Of a stretch of 64,000 bases of DNA, positions 60,996-64,000 are shown in pieces. The notes beneath the pieces are model-generated. The model was not told the origin of the DNA. It saw only the letters and a list, made by a program, of their open reading frames with translations, and ran no database searches. The stretch lies in contig CAWJBB010000003.1 of assembly GCA_963840855.1 (NCBI GenBank), forward strand, positions 1-64,000, given 5' to 3'. The translations under genes were made by a program, and so were the position numbers. The DNA is from an uncultured delta proteobacterium (lineage in GTDB: Bacteria > Desulfobacterota > Binatia > UBA9968). Position 1 is the stretch's first letter. Every line of letters begins with the position of its first letter.

Positions 60996-62147
60996 CTAGA
61001 CCGTCACGGTCTCGAATTTGCCGGCGCGCGGGAGTGAAAATGGGTTCGAACTCCAATAACCGGTCTCGGCTTCCGTTCCCGGATGGCGGCCTTCCGTCAC
61101 ATTGACGACGCCACCGTTCGGGTTTTGGCGGGCGGAAGTCAGCAAACCTTTTTTGCGCAGACGTTCGATGAACGTGGTGCGGTTAAGATTGAGCATGTTC
61201 GCGGCGAGTGTCTTGTTGCCGCGCGCCCGTTCCAGCGCCTGGCAGATGAAACCGTTCTCGATCTTCTCGAGATAGTGGTCCAGGTCCATGCCGCTGACGG
61301 GCAGCGCCGCGCCGGCGGATTGATTCGATGAACCGTTTTGAATGACGTAGTCGGGAAGCTCATTGACGCGAATGACGCCGTCTTCGTTGAGCACGATCAG
61401 GCGTTCCACGAGATTCTCCACTTCACGGACGTTGCCGGGCCAGCGGTACTTTTCGAGCACCATCATCGCTTCAGGCTCCACCTGCGCCACTCGTTTACCT
61501 TTGCGTAGGCCGTGCAGAGCCAAGAAGTGTTTAACAAGCAGCGTGATATCCCCCTCGCGTTCGCGCAGCGCAGACAGATGCACGGGTAAGACATTCAAGC
61601 GATAGAAGAGATCTTCGCGAAACTTGCCTTCACGCACCGCGACATGCAAATCGCGGTTGGTGGCGGCCACCACGCGCACATCCACCTGCACCCCGCGGTC
61701 ACTGCCCACCGGTTCAAACTGGCGCTCTTGCAAAACACGCAGCAGCTTGACTTGCAGCTTCGGGCTCATCTCGCCGATCTCATCGAGAAACAAGGTGCCG
61801 CCGTTGGCGAGTTGAAAGCGCCCCTGACGCGAGTTCACCGCGCCCGTGAAAGCGCCGCGTACATGGCCGAAAAGCTCGCTCTCCAACAATTCCTCCGGAA
61901 TCGCGCCGCAATTGACCGGCACGAAGGGCTGATCGCGGCGCGGACTCAACTCGTGAATCGCGCGCGCTGCTAACTCTTTGCCCGTGCCGCTCTCGCCGGT
62001 AATGAGGATCGTCGAATTGCTGTCGGCCACCTTGTTAATCAGTGAGTGGATTTGGCGCATCTTGGGGCTGTTTCCCACAAGTGGGTTCATCGCCGATGAT
62101 GCTTCGGCGGACTCTTCCGTGAGGCGTGGTGAGGCTTGCAACTCCAT
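60996..62147 (-). CDS. sigma54 enhancer-binding activator, FlrA/FleQ-like, lacking an N-terminal regulatory domain
   Basis: AAA+ ([19 protein letters not shown]) plus [17 protein letters not shown]; AAAGGAG RBS before ATG 62147. Confidence 0.88.
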   Translation of the reverse strand: MELQASPRLTEESAEASSAMNPLVGNSPKMRQIHSLINKVADSNSTILITGESGTGKELAARAIHELSPRRDQPFVPVNCGAIPEELLESELFGHVRGAFTGAVNSRQGRFQLANGGTLFLDEIGEMSPKLQVKLLRVLQERQFEPVGSDRGVQVDVRVVAATNRDLHVAVREGKFREDLFYRLNVLPVHLSALREREGDITLLVKHFLALHGLRKGKRVAQVEPEAMMVLEKYRWPGNVREVENLVERLIVLNEDGVIRVNELPDYVIQNGSSNQSAGAALPVSGMDLDHYLEKIENGFICQALERARGNKTLAANMLNLNRTTFIERLRKKGLLTSARQNPNGGVVNVTEGRHPGTEAETGYWSSNPFSLPRAGKFETVTV

Positions 62148-62200
62148 AGGGTCTCCTTTGTTGATTGGGCATTCCAAATAACTGACCGTTTGCCCTTTTT

Positions 62201-62216
62201 AGCACACTCCATGCCA
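62201..62216 (-). promoter_or_regulatory. Putative sigma54 promoter upstream of the flrA-like gene
   Basis: Minus strand TGGCAT-GGAGT-GTGCT. Confidence 0.55.
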
Positions 62217-62439
62217 CTATTTTCCAAGTCCGTTAAATCGCCCTTAACCTACCGGCAAATAAAGTATTTCTTGGCACGAAGGTCGCGGGTGGAAATTCTT
62301 TCCCAGTGGCAAACAATTAACGCCGGTGACCTCGACGTTAAAAGATTGCCGCTGGCGGAAGCTCGGGAGTGATCGAGCGTTGGGAAATGGAGTCGCGGAG
62401 TGATGAAGGGATATCGCGGCTAACTGACCTTCTTTAACG

Positions 62440-62525
62440 ACTCGTTCAAGTTCAAATCGTTCAAGCCGTTCAAAACGTTTCCGGATCCGTTGGACGACTT
62501 GAACGATTGGAACGGTTTGAACTAG
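62440..62525. repeat. GTTCAA/TTGAAC repeat palindrome after the peptidase gene
   Basis: cgttcaagttcaaatcgttcaagccgttcaaaacg...ttgaacgattggaacggtttgaac. Confidence 0.7.
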
Positions 62526-62533
62526 CCGGAGGT

Positions 62534-63853
62534 TTATTCGCCGATCTTATTTTGATTGCCAACGACGACGGTGATGAATTTTTCCGGCTGGAGATATCGT
62601 TTGGCGACTCTTAACACATCTTCGCGCGTCACTTTGCCGATGAAATCGCCGTAGCGGTCCGGATAGTCCAAGCCGAGCTGAAAAAATTCCACCTGCGCGA
62701 GAAAATTGGCGACCTTGCGGTTGGTGTCCAGACGCAGCGGAAAGCTCCCGGTGAGGTAGTCTTTGGCGTCGTTCAACTCTTGCTCGCTCACCAGCTCGCG
62801 CCGGATGCGTTCGATTTCTTCACGAGCGATGCGCATCGCTTCGCGCGCGCTATCGTTCTTTGTCTGCATCACGAACTGGAAAGTCCCATGGCTCTTGTCA
62901 GCATTGAAATACGTATACACGGAATACGCCAGGCCGCGTTCATTGCGGATCGAATCCACGACCCGCGACGAAAATCCGCCGCCGCCCAGAATATTATTCA
63001 TGACCTGAATGGCGTAGTAATCTGGGTTGCCGCGGGTTACGCCCTCATGTCCCATGATGATGTTGGCCTGGGTAAGTTCCTTGCTGACGCGAATCGACGT
63101 CGGCGCACCGGTAGCCGAGGGCACCAGCGGCTTGCCACCAGGCTCGCCTTTTTTCCACGAACTGAACGCTTGGTTAAGCGCCTCGGCGATTTCCTCGGCG
63201 GTGACGTCGCCGACCACCGCCATGATGGTCCGGTTGGGCCGATAATAACGCTCATAAAACTCTCTGAGGCTCTTTTGTGAAATGGCTCTGACCGAGGACT
63301 CCATGCCTTCGACGGGACGGCCATAGGGACTGTTAGGAAATAGCGCCGCTGCAAATCTGCGCTCGGCTATATCACCCGGTTCTTCTTCGCGCGCCTTGAG
63401 GGACGCCACGATCGACTGCTTTTGGCGCTCGATCTCCTCTTGCGGGAACGTGGACTGCGTCAGCACTTCCGCCAGCAGCGCCAAGCCAGTGGGTAGATCT
63501 TTCTTGAGTATCGTCATGCTGACGCTCGCGAGATTTTCGCTGCAGCCGGTTGACAGGCTGGCGCCGATGAAATCAAGAGCGTCGCTGATCTGCAACGCCG
63601 AGCGCCGTTTGGTGCCATAGGTCAGGAGCCGCGCCACAAGATTGGCGAGACCCTCCTGTCCGCCGCCGTCATAGCGCGCGCCCGCGTCGATCAAGAGCTC
63701 GATGGAAATCATCGGCAACGCCCGCTGTTCCGAAGTCAGCAGGACGACACCGTTATCAAGCTCCGTCCGTTTCGGCGTAAGCTCCGCCGACGCAGGCACC
63801 GCCGCCATCAGTATGGCGAGAGCAAATAACAAGCCCGGAAGAGTCTTTTTCAT
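62534..63853 (-). CDS. M16B peptidase family, non-catalytic subunit
   Basis: Signal peptide; GLANLVARLL replaces HXXEH; ILGGGGFSSR, RNERGLAYS. Confidence 0.9.
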   Translation of the reverse strand: MKKTLPGLLFALAILMAAVPASAELTPKRTELDNGVVLLTSEQRALPMISIELLIDAGARYDGGGQEGLANLVARLLTYGTKRRSALQISDALDFIGASLSTGCSENLASVSMTILKKDLPTGLALLAEVLTQSTFPQEEIERQKQSIVASLKAREEEPGDIAERRFAAALFPNSPYGRPVEGMESSVRAISQKSLREFYERYYRPNRTIMAVVGDVTAEEIAEALNQAFSSWKKGEPGGKPLVPSATGAPTSIRVSKELTQANIIMGHEGVTRGNPDYYAIQVMNNILGGGGFSSRVVDSIRNERGLAYSVYTYFNADKSHGTFQFVMQTKNDSAREAMRIAREEIERIRRELVSEQELNDAKDYLTGSFPLRLDTNRKVANFLAQVEFFQLGLDYPDRYGDFIGKVTREDVLRVAKRYLQPEKFITVVVGNQNKIGE

Positions 63854-64000
63854 AGCGCCTTTTCTTTACTCGGAATCAGAGTCCCCACAGTTCGGCGGTC
63901 GCGGTCCAGGTATTGCCTCGCCACGCGGCGGATATCTTCGCGGGTAACACTGCGAATGCCATCGAGATAACTGTTCATGCGCTCCCAGCCGCCGGTGGCT
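63850..64000 (-). CDS. 3' end of upstream M16 peptidase subunit (partial)
   Basis: YLDGIRSVTREDIRRVARQYL...RTVGTLIP; ATGA overlap with the next gene. Confidence 0.8.
   Translation of the reverse strand, partial: ATGGWERMNSYLDGIRSVTREDIRRVARQYLDRDRRTVGTLIPSKEKAL

Noticed and set aside
62440-62525. GTTCAA repeats as a CRISPR array
   Set aside because: Units are 6-9 nt and degenerate, with no spacers and no cas genes
336-63947. Many long antisense or overlapping ORFs in the track (e.g. 2393..3058, 6902..7675, 20187..21011, 44534..45367)
   Set aside because: Shadow ORFs opposite well-supported genes in GC-rich DNA, with no motifs or RBS
62534-64000. Possible in-frame fusion of the two M16 peptidase genes
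   Set aside because: Recounting shows the upstream gene stops at TGA 63852-63850, overlapping the next ATG; an ordinary M16B pair
1-64000. No flagellin, fliD, flgK/L, flgM or flgH/I, suggesting a filament-less system
   Set aside because: The cluster runs off the left edge in flgF, where these genes normally follow; absence cannot be judged from this window

Overview
GC-rich bacterial window (gene style suggests a deltaproteobacteria-like lineage such as Candidatus Binatota; this is inference only) made up almost entirely of a flagellar/chemotaxis supercluster, mostly on the minus strand. From right to left: M16 peptidase pair, flrA-like, flrB/flrC-like, flgBC-fliEFGHIJ, fliK-flgD-flgE-flgE, then a ~16 kb signalling island (cheY remnant, RsbW-like kinase, HsbA-like STAS, REC-PP2C, REC-REC-PAS kinase, Hpt, REC-GGDEF, two hybrid kinases flanking a PhnD-like binding protein), hemL, a plus-strand 968-aa repeat coiled-coil protein with a single-domain KaiC-like ATPase, a che operon (RR-GAF-cheD-cheA-MCP-cheW-cheR-cheB), a cheY plus an MshEN-like/CheX fusion, fliMN, inverted motAB, fliLOPQR-flhB-flhA-flhF-flhG-fliA, two hypotheticals and the start of flgF. 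Many sigma54 and sigma28 promoter motifs can be read directly from the DNA and outline the regulon. Best candidates for undescribed biology: (i) the sigma28-driven CheY with MshEN-repeat/CheX fusion, a putative c-di-GMP-gated CheY phosphatase; (ii) an HptB/HsbR/HsbA/DGC-like partner-switching phosphorelay with a split HsbR; (iii) the sigma54-driven giant coiled-coil plus KaiC-like ATPase pair; (iv) a stand-alone His-to-Cys pseudo-DHp protein. Five motility genes carry indel frameshifts (sequencing error or decay), and one cheY is internally deleted. All domain calls come from motif recognition by eye; no database searches were run.
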